Below, one piece after another: positions 40,401 through 51,689 of a stretch of 64,000 nucleotides of DNA. This DNA comes from Octopus sinensis (Eukaryota): the NCBI RefSeq assembly GCF_006345805.1, contig NC_043016.1, positions 20,460,001 to 20,524,000 on the forward strand. Direction: 5' to 3'. Position numbers and translations under genes: made by a program. How positions within the stretch are numbered: the stretch's first letter is position 1; the number at the start of each line of letters is the position of its first letter. The notes beneath the pieces are model-generated. The model ran no database searches. It had not been told where the DNA came from and worked only from the letters and a program-made list of their open reading frames with translations.

Positions 40401-43400
40401 CTGAGTAATGCAGTCACACTTGTCTTGATTTGGACCTCTGCCACAGTTCATTTATATCACATACTCACACACACAATTGATGTTATTGCTGGTTAGTTGA
40501 TATCTCTACTATAATGAAGAAAGCTGCTTAGTAATTAATTAGGAGCATACAACTGTTACTAAAAGAAAGCAATTATTAGTCTACACTGTCTAGTATGATA
40601 TAATGCTATTATTTTGAATGGATGATTTTAAGTGATGCGTAAAACAATGTTTTTAGACTGATAAATGTTTCCTCAATTGAAAACAGTTAACAACATTTGA
40701 GTATTTACTATTCTTTTAATTATTCTTAATGAAGCATATAAAGAAGATACTTAATAATTCATTTCAAGAAGTCTTGTACAGTTAAATCCAGAGCTAATTT
40801 CTGTTTTTTCTTTGCATTCTTTTAGATATTATCTAATAACATTTCTAAAGAATTATTAATTTGCACTGAATTTTTATTTTCCTTAACTCCAATGTGACCA
40901 ACATAGCAGAATTATAAGTGCTACATAAAGTGAATATTTAATAACTGTGAGAGCAATTGCTTTTCGAAATCTATATTCCTTTGGAATAAAATATGGAATA
41001 AAGGTGATGATAGTTGTTATAATAAATGCTATGAAAAAGTACACCTTTAAACTGTCAACATATCTTTGTAATACAGTTATGGTTGAACATGTGATATGTG
41101 GTTTGAATTTAAAAGGCAAATATAAATTGGTGTCAGGTATTATAGGCACATCTTGTTTGTTATATCCAGTATCACAACCAAACTCCCTTAAAATATTCCA
41201 GTAGTTTAAAGCTGAAAGTAACACAAATGAATGAAAGTCAAAAGCAATTAATATGATATCATAATATACTTCTTGCAAGAGAGATGGTGAAGATTTCTTG
41301 TCTCTTTCAACAAGATTATTTTCTGCCATCTTTGGTAGACGAAATTTTTTCTAAAATGATCTTTAAAGTGACATCATGACATCACAAGTGTCTACTGAGG
41401 TCATAATCATCATCATCATCATCATCATCGTTTAACGTCCGTTTTCCGCGCTAGCACGGGTTGTGTATAAAATTCTTCTTGTCTTCACAACAGATGTAGA
41501 TTAGTTGCTTAAGAGTAATTTGTATAACTATACCTTAGCTAGTGTAATTATCTATTAAACAGGACCAATATTGCCCATGTGGTGCATAGACTTCTTGTGG
41601 ATTATTTAATATCAGCATAAGTTAGTTGTAGCCATGTATTAATTTAAGAAACTATGAGTTACATGAAAGTGTTGTGGATTAGCTAACAGTGTTATGAATT
41701 AAGATACAGCTGTGAATTATTCAAAATCTCTATAAAAACATTTGAAATTGAAGATTAGCTGGTGCAGCTATTCATTGTTGACTAGCAACAAGCAACTATT
41801 ATAGAACTAACTTCAGTTTCTACTGCAAATATTTATTGTGTATATAATGAAGTCAGATTGGATCTTTTTGGTTTGAATGGCAGTTTTTTCTAGCGGTGTC
41901 ATATGAAATTGTCACCCATAATTATGACCCTAGTATCAATCTATTGCATTTCGATCTGTTTTAGGGTTAGGGTTAGTTAGGGGTAGGGGTGGGGGGACAG
42001 GTATCTTTTTTCCTTCAGAAAGGTAAATAAACCCAATCTGTTTCTTAAACGAGGGACATATTCATACGGCACAGAATGGTTTTTTTTACCTCAATAGACA
42101 TCAGTGATTGGTTGAAATTGCATAAATTGAAGAAAAAAAACAACAAATATCTTACAAACTATAGAATTTTCTCAATAAAGCCAAGAGAAAAAGATGTTTT
42201 ATAAACACATTCTACCAGTATACGAAGTTTAAAATTTTTTAGTTACCTAGAAATTATGTTAAAAACTGCCGTTCAAACCGAAAAGATCAGTCACATTTGC
42301 TTATCTCAGTAAATTTATCTGAAAATTGTTTGTCTTATTTTTTTCGATTATAGTGTAACTTGAGAACAGACGTTAAAAGATTTAGTTCTTTCTGAGTTGC
42401 ATTACCATTCTCAGATAAAAGAAATGTCATAGTTACTGTTCAACAGCAAAATTCTAACCGTTTCACAAAAAAAAGACCATCCAGTTGATTAGTAACACAA
42501 CAGCCATTTATATATAAACATGTTGGCTTTTTGTAATTCTTCAGTGATTTCTCTTAATTAGCAACCTGTGTACAACTTGATAGAATTGATTCATTTTGTT
42601 GCCTTAACTCTTTCGTTACTGTATTTATTTTGAGATGGTCTGTGTTTCTTTCAATTGCTTTAAATATAATAAAGAATTTAGTAAAGTAACTTAGTCATAA
42701 TTAAGCTAGTGTTAGGAACATAAATTGTGACTAAGTTTTGGTGGAAGATTTTAATACAAAACTTATGAAAACAAGACATTTGTATTCAGAGCCAGAGCTG
42801 GATTCAGCCGGATTGGTAACAAAAGGGTTAAACATATTTCATCAAAATAAACATCCATAAAATTAGATAAACCATGAGCACTAATCTATTCCTTATATGA
42901 AATAGAATTACTGACCTTTTTTTTTTTCCATTTAATTTTGAAAATAATGAAAAATTTAGCAAAATAACTTCTGACATTGTTAAGCTGGTGTTTAGAGAAT
43001 GAATTAACATGAAATTTTGATGGAAGATTTAATTTAGGTTAGTTTAAAAAAAAGTTTATATCATGGAATCAAGAATAGTTTTTAGGTAGGTTGGTATCAA
43101 AAGGGTCAATAATCATAAGAACACATCTACAAATGTAGTGGGAGGAAAATTTAGTTGACCTTGATTCGAAAAGTTAACAATCAGAACATATACAACAATA
43201 TAATAATTTTACTAATAAATTTAGATAGAAAAAAAGGTCACAGCATTTTGGTAACCATTTACTTTTACTTTAGAAAAATATCTAATTTTTCCTTTTATAT
43301 GCTACAAGTCCTATGAAGTTTATCAATTTGGGCACTCTATTCTAATCAGACATTCATATATGATTAAAAAGAAAAAAAAACAACAACAAAGTCAAGATAA

Positions 43401-46400
43401 GCACCAAATCTCTTATTTTCTAATCTTTTCATTTTTATCATGTTCATTCACTACTTTGCATTCTAATGTGTTACTGCTGCTTTCTCTTTAACTTTAATAT
43501 GATCCTGTTCTCTTTGATATTAATATTAGCACCGTCTGAACGTGGCAGATACTAGCGTCGCCTGACTGGCATCCGTGTCGGTGACACGTAAAAGCACCAA
43601 CCGATCGTGGCCGTTTGCCAGCCTGCTCTGGCTCCTGTGCCAGTGGCAAGTAAAAAAAAAATACCCACTAAACTCACGGAGTGGTTGGCGTTAGGAAGGG
43701 CATCCAGCTGTAGAAACACTGCCAGATCAGACTAGAGCCTGGTGCAGCCTCCATGGCTTACCAGACCCCAGTCGAACCGTCCAACCCATGCTAGCATGGA
43801 AAACGGACGTTAAATAATGATGATTTCTTCTCTTGAAGTTTGCAATGTGACAGAATTGTTAGTATGCCGGACAAAATGCTTAGTGACATTTCATTCATCT
43901 TTATGTTCTGAGTTCAAATTCTGCTGAGGTTGACTTTACCTTTCATCCTTTCAGTGTTGATAAAATAAGTACCTGTTAAACACTGGGATCGATGTAATTG
44001 ACTGACCCCCACTTCAAAATTGCTGGCCGTGTGCCAAAATTTGGAACTAGTATTTCTTCTCTCTCATAGAAGTTTAGGGCTTGTTTGCTGTTCTCTTTAA
44101 TATTAATATTTCTTCTCTCTCATGGAAGTTTGGTGCTTGCTTGCAATGCACCCACCCAATCCTATCCCATCACCCATACCGGGAGTCCTTTCTACTTTGC
44201 CCTGATTAATAAAAGTCTCAACTCCCAACCTCTGTGACTGTATACCACAGAGATCATAGGCGGCGAGATGGCAGAAACGTTAGCACGCTGGGTGATATGC
44301 TTAGTGTTATTTTGTCTGCCGCTACGTTCTGAGTTCAAATTCCGTCGAGGTCGACTTTGCCTTTCATCCTTTCGGGGTCGATTAAATAAGTACCAGTTAT
44401 GCACTGGGGTCGATATAATCGACTTAATCTGTTTGTTTATCCTTGTTTGTCCCCTCTGTGTTTAGCCCCATGTGGGCAATAAAGAAGTAAGAGATACCTC
44501 ATAGACCAGATGAAGGTATCCCCACTGTGCCCCTCTATATCAGTATCCTGCCAATGACACTAATAAAAAGATGCATAACATTGATAATGTTAATGGCATT
44601 AGGAATACTTACTGCTTATTGAGTGTTGAAGAATGAATAAATTATTGGGAAGATAAATAGAGTCAGATGTGTAAATCTACCAACTGCTGGCAAACTGTTG
44701 CACAACTTTTTGTATCCCTCAAAAGTTCAGATGTCATCAAACAGTAATGAACTAACATTCAAACAGCCTTTGCCCTCTTTCTGCAGGTTTCAAATCTTTG
44801 GGGCTGCAACCATCAATGTAGATGTGATAAAAGATATGAGTGAATGTGCAGAAGGGGTGAGATGGAAAGGATCTTCAACCAAACTCCTCACTGGTTAGAG
44901 ACAACAATACAAGCTGTTATAGGTGACAATAAGTGTGGAGTAGGCATGCTGTTAACTGAGAAATAGACGGAGAAGGTAATTAAAGTTGTTAGGTTGTGCA
45001 ATAGGATAATTAAGATGAAACTAGTTACAAGCAGCTCAATAGCAGCATTTATCTCTCATATGCCTCACAGGTAGAAGGATTGTTTTGATGAGACCCTTCA
45101 GCAGACTACCTCAATGACAATTGACAGCAACTTCACTACTGTGGTTGGTGACTTCAGTGGACTTGTTGACAAACACAATAGTGACCTCTGTGGACATACA
45201 TGGCATGATTCATGAATGGAGGGTGTAAAGTTCATGAAAGTCTGTAATATAACTAATCTCACGATTTGCAACGCACACTTTAAAAAACCAGCCAACCACC
45301 TCATCGCTTACCAATCTGGCAAGTACCCAAGTCAAATAGATTTTATTCACACCAGGAAATGGGATAGAAGGATTATTGTAAATACCAAAACTTTTCCTAG
45401 CAAAGGATACACTTAACAGCATAGATTAGTGGTTAGTGAATTCAGAATCAGAGCTAGGCAGGCAAAAATGAAAAATGACATGGAGAACAAACATTTAGAA
45501 ACTAAAAGATCCAGCAATTACAAATAAGCTTTGACTAGAGAAGAAAATATAGATACCTGTAGCAACTGGGAATTTCTACAAAATAACATACTTAGGGTTA
45601 CAGATCAAATATGTGGCTGGAGAAAAGCCCCAGTCAAACTGAAATTGATATGCTGGTGGAATAATAAGGTTGATAGAGCAGTTAAGCTTAGATACAAGCT
45701 TGGAAAACCTGAAAGTGGGTAGTAGAGGGTATTACAAATTTGGGCACTCTATTCTAATCAGACATTCATATATGATTAAAAAACAACAACAACAAAAAAG
45801 TCAAGATAAGCACCAAATCTCTATTTTCTAATCTTTTCATTTTTTAAATTTGTCTAGAAGGGTAGCTAAGTAACAACTTTACTTGACTAAGAGTAAGATA
45901 AAAAGGAAGATATAAAAGTACACTGCAAAGTTTACAAATATGACAATATGTGTGGTTGGATAATGTACAACTGATATTCTGGTTAATGCGGTATTGTGAC
46001 TTAGACCCAATGATGATTGTAGTGTTGGTAATATAGAGATAGATGTTGTATCAAGGGTGCCTGTTTGTGTTGGGCTGGGTACTATGAAGTGTCCTATTAA
46101 GAAGTTGCTGAGGTTATATAATATCTGGTACAGTAAATCAGCTGATCACAGTCATTTCATTAGCAGATTATATAGGTGTCATATATTTTCTGCATCAAGG
46201 TAATTTTGGATTACACAAGTATCATCATCATCATCCCACGACATCACCACCACTACACCAACAACAACAACAACACACCACCACTACCATAACTATCAAC
46301 ATTATCACAAACTTCTACACTGTTCAACTTTCTAGAAAAAGTAGCCAAATTCCCTTGAAATCACCTCAAATTGTCCTACTATCTTTTATTTGTTTCAGTC

Positions 46401-49400
46401 ATGTGACTGGCCATGAAATCTGGCTTTGTGCAGCTCCCGGCAAACAGTTTTTGTGGAATCTGGGTTCTCAAGGTGGTCATTAAGCTCTGTAGTCATTTTG
46501 GGAGCTGTACTTTTGTGATCCTTTCTAACAATTCACATAAGAGTCTGACAGTCCCTATCTAAAAATTTTGGTTTTCTTCTGAAGTTTTGTTTCGATGAGG
46601 AGGTTTTTCCCTCTTTCTCAAAGGCTGTCATTACTTTCGAGACAGTACTTTTTGATACACCAAACATTTTGGCTCTTTTTGTTATGCTAACACCTGCCAT
46701 ACGAGCACCAACAATTTGACCTCTTTGAAAGTCCAATAGATCTGTCATTTTAATTAATTTTAATTACCTTTTTCTGATGATATCTGAAAAGAAACAGAAA
46801 TTTAAGCAAAGCATATTAAGCAACACTAATAATAAATCAAAAAACATAAAAATAAACAAGCTTTTGACAGTTTTATAGATATTTCAAAATTATGGTGCTA
46901 TGATGCTAGGTGTTTCCATTATTTTGTCCAACTCCTGTATATATACACATCTATCTTATTGTATGTTGTAACAAGGGACTCTCTTGGACATGAACGGGTT
47001 TCAATTGGTATGTGTTTGAGATGTAATAAAGTGAATTTTGATGGTTATGGATTGCACTTACTTGGTTGTTGTTTTTTGATTGTAATTAAAGAGGTGGAGG
47101 TATGCTCCTCTTCAGCTGTACTAAGTGGCTGCACTTATGGAAAGAGTTGCTGTGGGTATTGGAGGACCTTTGCCACTCACTGAAAGAGGGAGTCGGGACA
47201 TATGTGTAGCTATGAACTACTTTACAAAATGGCCAGAATTCTATGCTATCCCCAATCAAGAAGCTATGACTATTCCACAAGTGTTGATGGACCAGTTCTC
47301 CTGCTGGTTTGGGATGCCACAGGAGCAACATTCCGACCAGGGTAGGAACTTTGAATCAGCTGTTTCAGGTGTGTTGTAAGTTGTTGGGGATTAAGAAGAC
47401 CAGGGCAACCCCATTGAATCCACAGTTGGAAGGGATGGTTAAGAAGTTTAATTGGACACTAGGACAAGAACTAGCCAAGTAGTGTGTGGAAGGACAGTTG
47501 AAATGAGATCTGAATTTAGCTGCTATGAGGTGAGACGCCTGGTTGATGTGTTGAGGAGGAGACCACCAAGTGAAGTACTGCCTAGTAAAACTTCCAGCTA
47601 TGTGAAACATCTGCAAGAGACACAACAGTGGAAATGGATCTAAGTGGGATGCAACAGTGTCCTCAAAAGCAATAAAGGAAAGAAGCCCCTATAAGTTAAG
47701 GATTCTTTCCTGTATGATTAATGCAAGCTTAAAGACTGATTAGTTATAATTGTTGTAAACTTTTGCTGGGTTGACAAAGGTCTAGGGTAGTGTTGCAAAA
47801 GAGAAATAATGTTGATCACATGACTAATTTGAAGCATACTGCATGTTTTTCTTTGCAGTTTCTTAGCCACTAATTTGACTGTTGTAGCCGTGTTGGTATC
47901 AGGAGACGAGCAGCGAGCTGGCAGAAACGTTAGCACACCGGGCGAAATGCTTAGCAGTATTTCGTCTGCCACTACGTTCTGAGTTCAAATTCCGCCGAGG
48001 TCAACTTTGCCTTTCATCCTTTCGGGGTCGATTAAATAAGTACCAGTTACACATCGGGGTCGATGTAATTGACTTAATCCGTTTGTCTGTCCTTGTTTGT
48101 TCCCTCTGTGTGTAGCCCCAGGAGACCAAATTATTTAAAATTATTTTCTAATAAAAAATAACTCTTAGTCATTATTACTTTTCTGTACATCTCAATACTT
48201 CATCTAGTGTACTTAGAATTGTCTTAACCAATTCTTAAAATCCTTTTTCAGTATACCTGTTCTAGTAGTAATTTTTCATAGAGTATATACCATTAGTTAT
48301 TTGTAATGCTAGAGCCATCTTTCCTGCATACATATATCTATCTTTGTTTCTGATGACATATCGCTTTCTTACATTTTCATTCAACTTTTTGTAACCTTCT
48401 GGTAAGTCCAATGTATATGGATGATGTCTATGTGCAAAGAACGAAGAGTAGTAACATCTAATGCAAACATTTATGATTAGAAGAGTTGGCAGGTAAGTTA
48501 CCTACATTAATGCACACCAGAACTGACAGAATGTAGGTTGGAGACAACCCTATATACACTTATTAGCCATTTCCTATTTTAATAGTGAGAAATGAAGGAA
48601 ACCTATTGTTAAAATCTTTGCTGATGTCTACAAAAAGAAGACGTTGCTAAAAGCAGGTTACATAGGTGATAGATTAAGTCTACCAAACACATCCCATGCT
48701 TAAGAAGATGCTTTCAAATAGTTACTCAGTTTTTAGGATGGATGAAAGATGAAATATGCTTTTGCTAAAGGTAGTCAGTGAAGAATTGGCATACCTCTGT
48801 CTATTTAACTGCTCTTTCTATACTACAATGGCCTCTACTCTCTGGAGTTGGCTAGTCTCACGCTATTTCCTATCAGACCTACTTAACCCTTTCATTACCA
48901 ACCCGGCTGGAACCGCCTCTGGTTCTGTAGTACAAATATTTTGTTTTCATAAGTTTTGAATTAAAATCTTCCACCAAACCTAAGTCACAATTTATGTTCC
49001 TAACACTAGCTGAATGATAACTAAGTTATTTTGCTAAATTCCTTGTTATATTTAAAGTAATTGAAAGAAACACAGAGCATCTCAAAATAAATACAGGAAT
49101 GAAAGGGTTAATCACTGATTGTGACTGCCTTCCATCATTGACTTGAAGTTGTTCATGAGGAACAAGTGTCTGATGTGGTTGCCTAACCTGCTAGCAGTAT
49201 CATACAAATCTTAAAGGATACATTGGATAATATTGTCCTGGATATTCTAGTTGAAAAGACTGGGATATCAGATCATATGTATACTTAGTTAGGGCTTAGC
49301 TGGGGCTAAACAGTAACCTCAGTTGTTTAAAAGGCTTGTGAAAATTTTGAGCATAACACTTTCCTCCAAACCAATCCATTCAAAAAAAAAAAAAAAAAAA

Positions 49401-50474
49401 CCCTGTGAAGTAGAGTTTGTGTGGACGAGTTTGAAGATAATGTTATTTAATCCCAAATCAACCCTAATTGAGCAGACTTGTAATCAAAAGTATTCTATCT
49501 TTAATCCTCCTGTCTGTGTGTATCTAGTATCAATCCAATGTGTCCTCCTTTTCTTAAGATGGTAATGAACGATCTAAGTGAAAATTAGTGGCTATTTAAC
49601 TTCCATTGTTGGTTTGTTGCTTATAAAGAAGAAACCAAATGTTCCAGCTAGTGATTAAGTGAGAATACGAGCTAATGCAAACAATTCAAGATGACAAATT
49701 CTTAAGCTTCTTTGCAAGCCAGTATTGTTGGCACAATAAATGTACAAGAACAGAGTTGTTAGTTGTGTGCTTTGAAGCTACAATAAGTTCAGAAGAAAGT
49801 GATGTAATATAGATGTCCTTTAATTTGGCCAAAAAATAGTTGAACAACTATTGAAAGCATCCAAAAAAACAATTTAGAGAAATGAAAACTGGGACTTGGA
49901 GCCATAGTATCTGAAAATAGTTTGGGCCCAGGGTAGCTGTGACTGAGCAGACCTAGCTAGACCAGATTTTTTTTTTTTTGCAAGGAACTAAAAGACATTA
50001 TCTAACATGTCTTTTTCTAAGATGATAGGAGCGAATTTCAAGGGAAATTAGCTGCTATTTCTATTAGGTTAAGAAACCACATAGAGGTTCGTTCATTGCT
50101 TCATAGAAAGGAAAGTCTTTATTACTGTTGCAAGTGGATTCTACATCATAGATATTAATTACCTTTAGAGTATAGGCTGGCAGCAGTGATGTAGGATTAA
50201 CATGTAAAATAGGGAATAATTTTTTTTTTTTTACCACAGTTTATGTATGTTTATTTAAACCTCGAAAAAGATTATTCTTTCAGTAATTGCTTCAAAACAT
50301 GAATTCAGATCAAAACTTAATTTTTTTCAGAAAAATGAAGAATCAGAAACTTTTACCAGTATCACATCATCTAATACACAACCAAAGAAATGCCTACCAA
50401 GGATTTTAACTCTTAATGTTGATATGATTGCCAATAAGTTCTGGACTGAATATTCTTATCTTCTTGAAAGATAA
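22238..50474 (+). CDS. THG1L: tRNA(His) guanylyltransferase (Thg1 family 3'-5' polymerase), spliced CDS join(22238..22491,27034..27210,28964..29133,30108..30196,33432..33539,50331..50474), 313 aa
   Basis: Six exons joined by GT-AG introns with matching phases total 942 nt with one terminal TAA. Thg1 motifs are present: [77 protein letters not shown]. Confidence 0.96.
22763..22986 (-). mobile_element. SINE family A
   Basis: Reverse complement of the 7935 element. Confidence 0.88.
23285..24030 (-). mobile_element. Penelope-like retroelement fragment (RT thumb + GIY-YIG start + pLTR)
   Basis: [32 protein letters not shown]; [10 protein letters not shown]; [17 protein letters not shown]. Confidence 0.9.
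23356..23401 (-). ncRNA. Minimal type-I hammerhead ribozyme motif of a Penelope-like element
   Basis: GACAC-CTGATGAA-GGCTG(GAGAGTATAT)CAGCA-GAAA-CGT-A-GTGTT; stem I GACAC/GTGTT, palindromic ACGT helix III. Confidence 0.7.
25836..26311. mobile_element. Two tandem piggyBac-like MITEs (25836-26065, 26089-26311)
   Basis: TTAA-CCCTTT...AAAGGG-TTAA-type termini, about 225 bp each. Confidence 0.85.
26643..26930 (-). mobile_element. SINE family B
   Basis: (cat)n cgtttaacgtccgctttccatgc... Confidence 0.85.
27034..27210 (+). CDS. THG1L: THG1L coding exon 2 (catalytic SDE motif)
   Basis: tttttttag|A; [19 protein letters not shown]...[13 protein letters not shown]...RRA; AG|GTAAAG. Confidence 0.96.
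28290..28820 (+). mobile_element. SINE family B with internally repeated 5' subunits
   Basis: Repeated gtggcac(a/g)taaaag subunits; core; (GAT)n tail. Confidence 0.85.
28964..29133 (+). CDS. THG1L: THG1L coding exon 3
   Basis: Polypyrimidine tract then tag|C; [10 protein letters not shown]...[28 protein letters not shown]; T|GTAAGT. Confidence 0.96.
30108..30196 (+). CDS. THG1L: THG1L coding exon 4
   Basis: ttttag|GT; (C)[29 protein letters not shown]; AAA|GTAATT. Too short for the ORF track. Confidence 0.95.
32134..32522 (+). mobile_element. tRNA-derived SINE family D
   Basis: A box TGGCCCAGTGG, B box GGTTTCGATTCC, long non-tRNA body; TSD acaaca(g/a)agta at 32123 and 32523. Confidence 0.85.
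32745..33345 (-). mobile_element. Tandem trimer (184-bp unit) of SINE family A inside one TSD
   Basis: Units at 32747, 32931, 33115; 17-bp TSD AAGTTAACTTATTAACC at 32728 and 33346. Confidence 0.9.
33432..33539 (+). CDS. THG1L: THG1L coding exon 5
   Basis: ttccag|GGA; [36 protein letters not shown]; AAG|GTAAAG. Confidence 0.95.
34115..34775 (+). mobile_element. Mariner 5' fragment
   Basis: Decayed [19 protein letters not shown].. HTH region and AKFVP motif. Confidence 0.8.
37770..39403 (+). mobile_element. hAT (Charlie/Buster-like) transposase remnant with SINE B (37965-38230) and piggyBac MITE (38498-38694) insertions
   Basis: [11 protein letters not shown]; [13 protein letters not shown]; [11 protein letters not shown]; [10 protein letters not shown]; terminal ...gagaaaccctg followed by ttctaggg. 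Confidence 0.85.
40883..41329 (-). CDS. Hypothetical 148-aa membrane protein (about 3 TM), nested antisense in THG1L intron 5
   Basis: Uninterrupted non-repetitive ORF in AT-rich DNA; aaagATGg start; acceptor ttttag 21 nt upstream (41351-41352); AATAAA just after the stop (40878-40873); no TE motif recognised. Confidence 0.55.
   Translation of the reverse strand: MAENNLVERDKKSSPSLLQEVYYDIILIAFDFHSFVLLSALNYWNILREFGCDTGYNKQDVPIIPDTNLYLPFKFKPHITCSTITVLQRYVDSLKVYFFIAFIITTIITFIPYFIPKEYRFRKAIALTVIKYSLYVALIILLCWSHWS
41860..42288. mobile_element. Full-length TTAGGG-containing MITE
   Basis: About 28-bp TIRs ggatctttttggtttgaatggcagttttt / aaaaactgccgttcaaaccgaaaagatc; 8-9-bp TSD (a)gtca(g/c)att. Confidence 0.88.
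42604..42831. mobile_element. piggyBac-like MITE
   Basis: TTAA-flanked, same family as 25836. Confidence 0.85.
43527..44490 (+). mobile_element. SINE cluster: family B (43527-43823), family A (about 43848-44050 and 44259-44490)
   Basis: Family-diagnostic cores as above. Confidence 0.85.
44780..45950 (+). mobile_element. Degraded RTE LINE endonuclease region
   Basis: [27 protein letters not shown]; GDFSG; WWN..V. Confidence 0.8.
46415..46939 (-). mobile_element. Tc1-like transposon 5' fragment
   Basis: [33 protein letters not shown]; TIR TA-caggagttggacaaaataatggaaacacc. Confidence 0.88.
47125..47640 (+). mobile_element. Ty3/Gypsy integrase fragment
   Basis: [46 protein letters not shown]. 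Confidence 0.88.
47909..48119 (+). mobile_element. SINE family A
   Basis: Head and core; TSD caggagac. Confidence 0.85.
48883..49111. mobile_element. piggyBac-like MITE
   Basis: TTAACCCTTTCATT...AATGAAAGGGTTAA. Confidence 0.88.
50331..50474 (+). CDS. THG1L: THG1L last coding exon, after a 16.8-kb intron
   Basis: tttttttcag|AAA, phase 0; ...[24 protein letters not shown] matches the Thg1 C-terminal pattern (cf. LHCDIIGDAFWKEHPEIL). Confidence 0.88.
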   Translation, partial: KNEESETFTSITSSNTQPKKCLPRILTLNVDMIANKFWTEYSYLLER

Positions 50475-50557
50475 TATTTCTTGTTTTTTATATATAAATA
50501 ATTCTTAAAAATTAATGGTAGTGACTTACAATTGCCAACGATTTATTTTCTTTTCAA

Positions 50558-50563
50558 AATAAA
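50558..50563 (+). terminator. Candidate polyadenylation signal of THG1L
   Basis: First AATAAA about 84 nt after the stop, followed by T-rich sequence. Confidence 0.5.
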
Positions 50564-50902
50564 GAATATTTCCATTTCATTCCTTAAATCTGTTCAGTAA
50601 ATTATATTTTGTAATAAGTATTGTAACTTCTGTATTTTTTTAAATTTCTATTTCAAAATTTTTTTTCTTTACTTAGGTACAAGCCTCAATTCATAGAGGA
50701 AAAGTAAAGTTGATAAAATTTTACTCCAATATATTGCTGATATTTATTTTAACTCTGCAGAGATGAAAAATAAAATAAAATCCACAATTATTTCAAACAA
50801 ATTTTAAATTTAAGTCATAATACTTATTTTTTAATGATATGGAGCATTGCAACATCATCAATTTCTTGATATTATGCACCATCACTACATTTGCAAACCA
50901 GT

Positions 50903-51421
50903 ATCATCATCATCATCATTGTTTAACGTCCGCTTTCCATGCTAGCATGGGTTGGACGATTTTGATTGAGGGCTGGCGAGCCAGATGGCTGCACCAGGCT
51001 CCAATCTTGATCTGGCAGAGTTTCTACAGCTGGATGCCCTTCCTAACGCCAATCACTCTGAGAGTGTAGTGGGTACTTTTTATGTGCCACCGGCACGGGG
51101 GCCAGTCAGGTGGCACTGGCAACGACCTCGCTCAAATCTTTTTACACGTGCCACCGGCACAGGTGCCAGTAAAGCAACGTTGGTAACGATCACGCTCGAA
51201 TGATGCCCTTTTACGTGTCACGGTTATGTAAGCCAGTTGGCTGCTCTGGCAACGATCATGCTCGGATGGTGCTCTTGGCACCCTACTAGCACAAGCATAA
51301 ATGCCAGTAAGGCGACTGGCACTTATGCTTTGCTAGTAGGGTGCCAAGAGCACCATCCGAGCGTGATCATTGCCAGAGCAGCCAACTGGCTTCCGTACCT
51401 GTGGCACGTAAAAGGGCACCA
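50903..51421 (-). mobile_element. SINE family B with terminal fold-back (51201-51421)
   Basis: (cat)n tail, core, then a head-to-head inverted duplication centred at 51309-51314. Confidence 0.85.
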
Positions 51422-51689
51422 ATAATTGTTATTAAGGAAGATTGTTGAGCATAAAGACCCAGGTTACTAATGACTTGATAAGTGATTATTTAGTCATTAT
51501 CTTCTTGAGGGATGTAGTTCAGTAAAGCTCTAATCCGTTTTTTTTTTGTGCTGAATGTAGAGGAAGGAACAAAGCTTATGGACCCTTGTAGACATCCAAA
51601 ACTGGTGAAATTGATGCTGTGGTAATATTTCTTTTAAGAGGGAAAGATATAAGCTGGAAAAACATTTTTGAGGGCCAATGTTATGGGGA

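Noticed and set aside
40947-41204. 85-aa plus-strand ORF as an extra THG1L exon
   Set aside because: GTG start, no Thg1 similarity, and exons 5 and 6 already join in frame; it shadows the minus-strand ORF.
48399-48500. Two consensus donors (CTG|GTAAGT, CAG|GTAAGT) in THG1L intron 5
   Set aside because: No convincing paired acceptor or coding frame; such motifs are expected by chance in a 17-kb intron.
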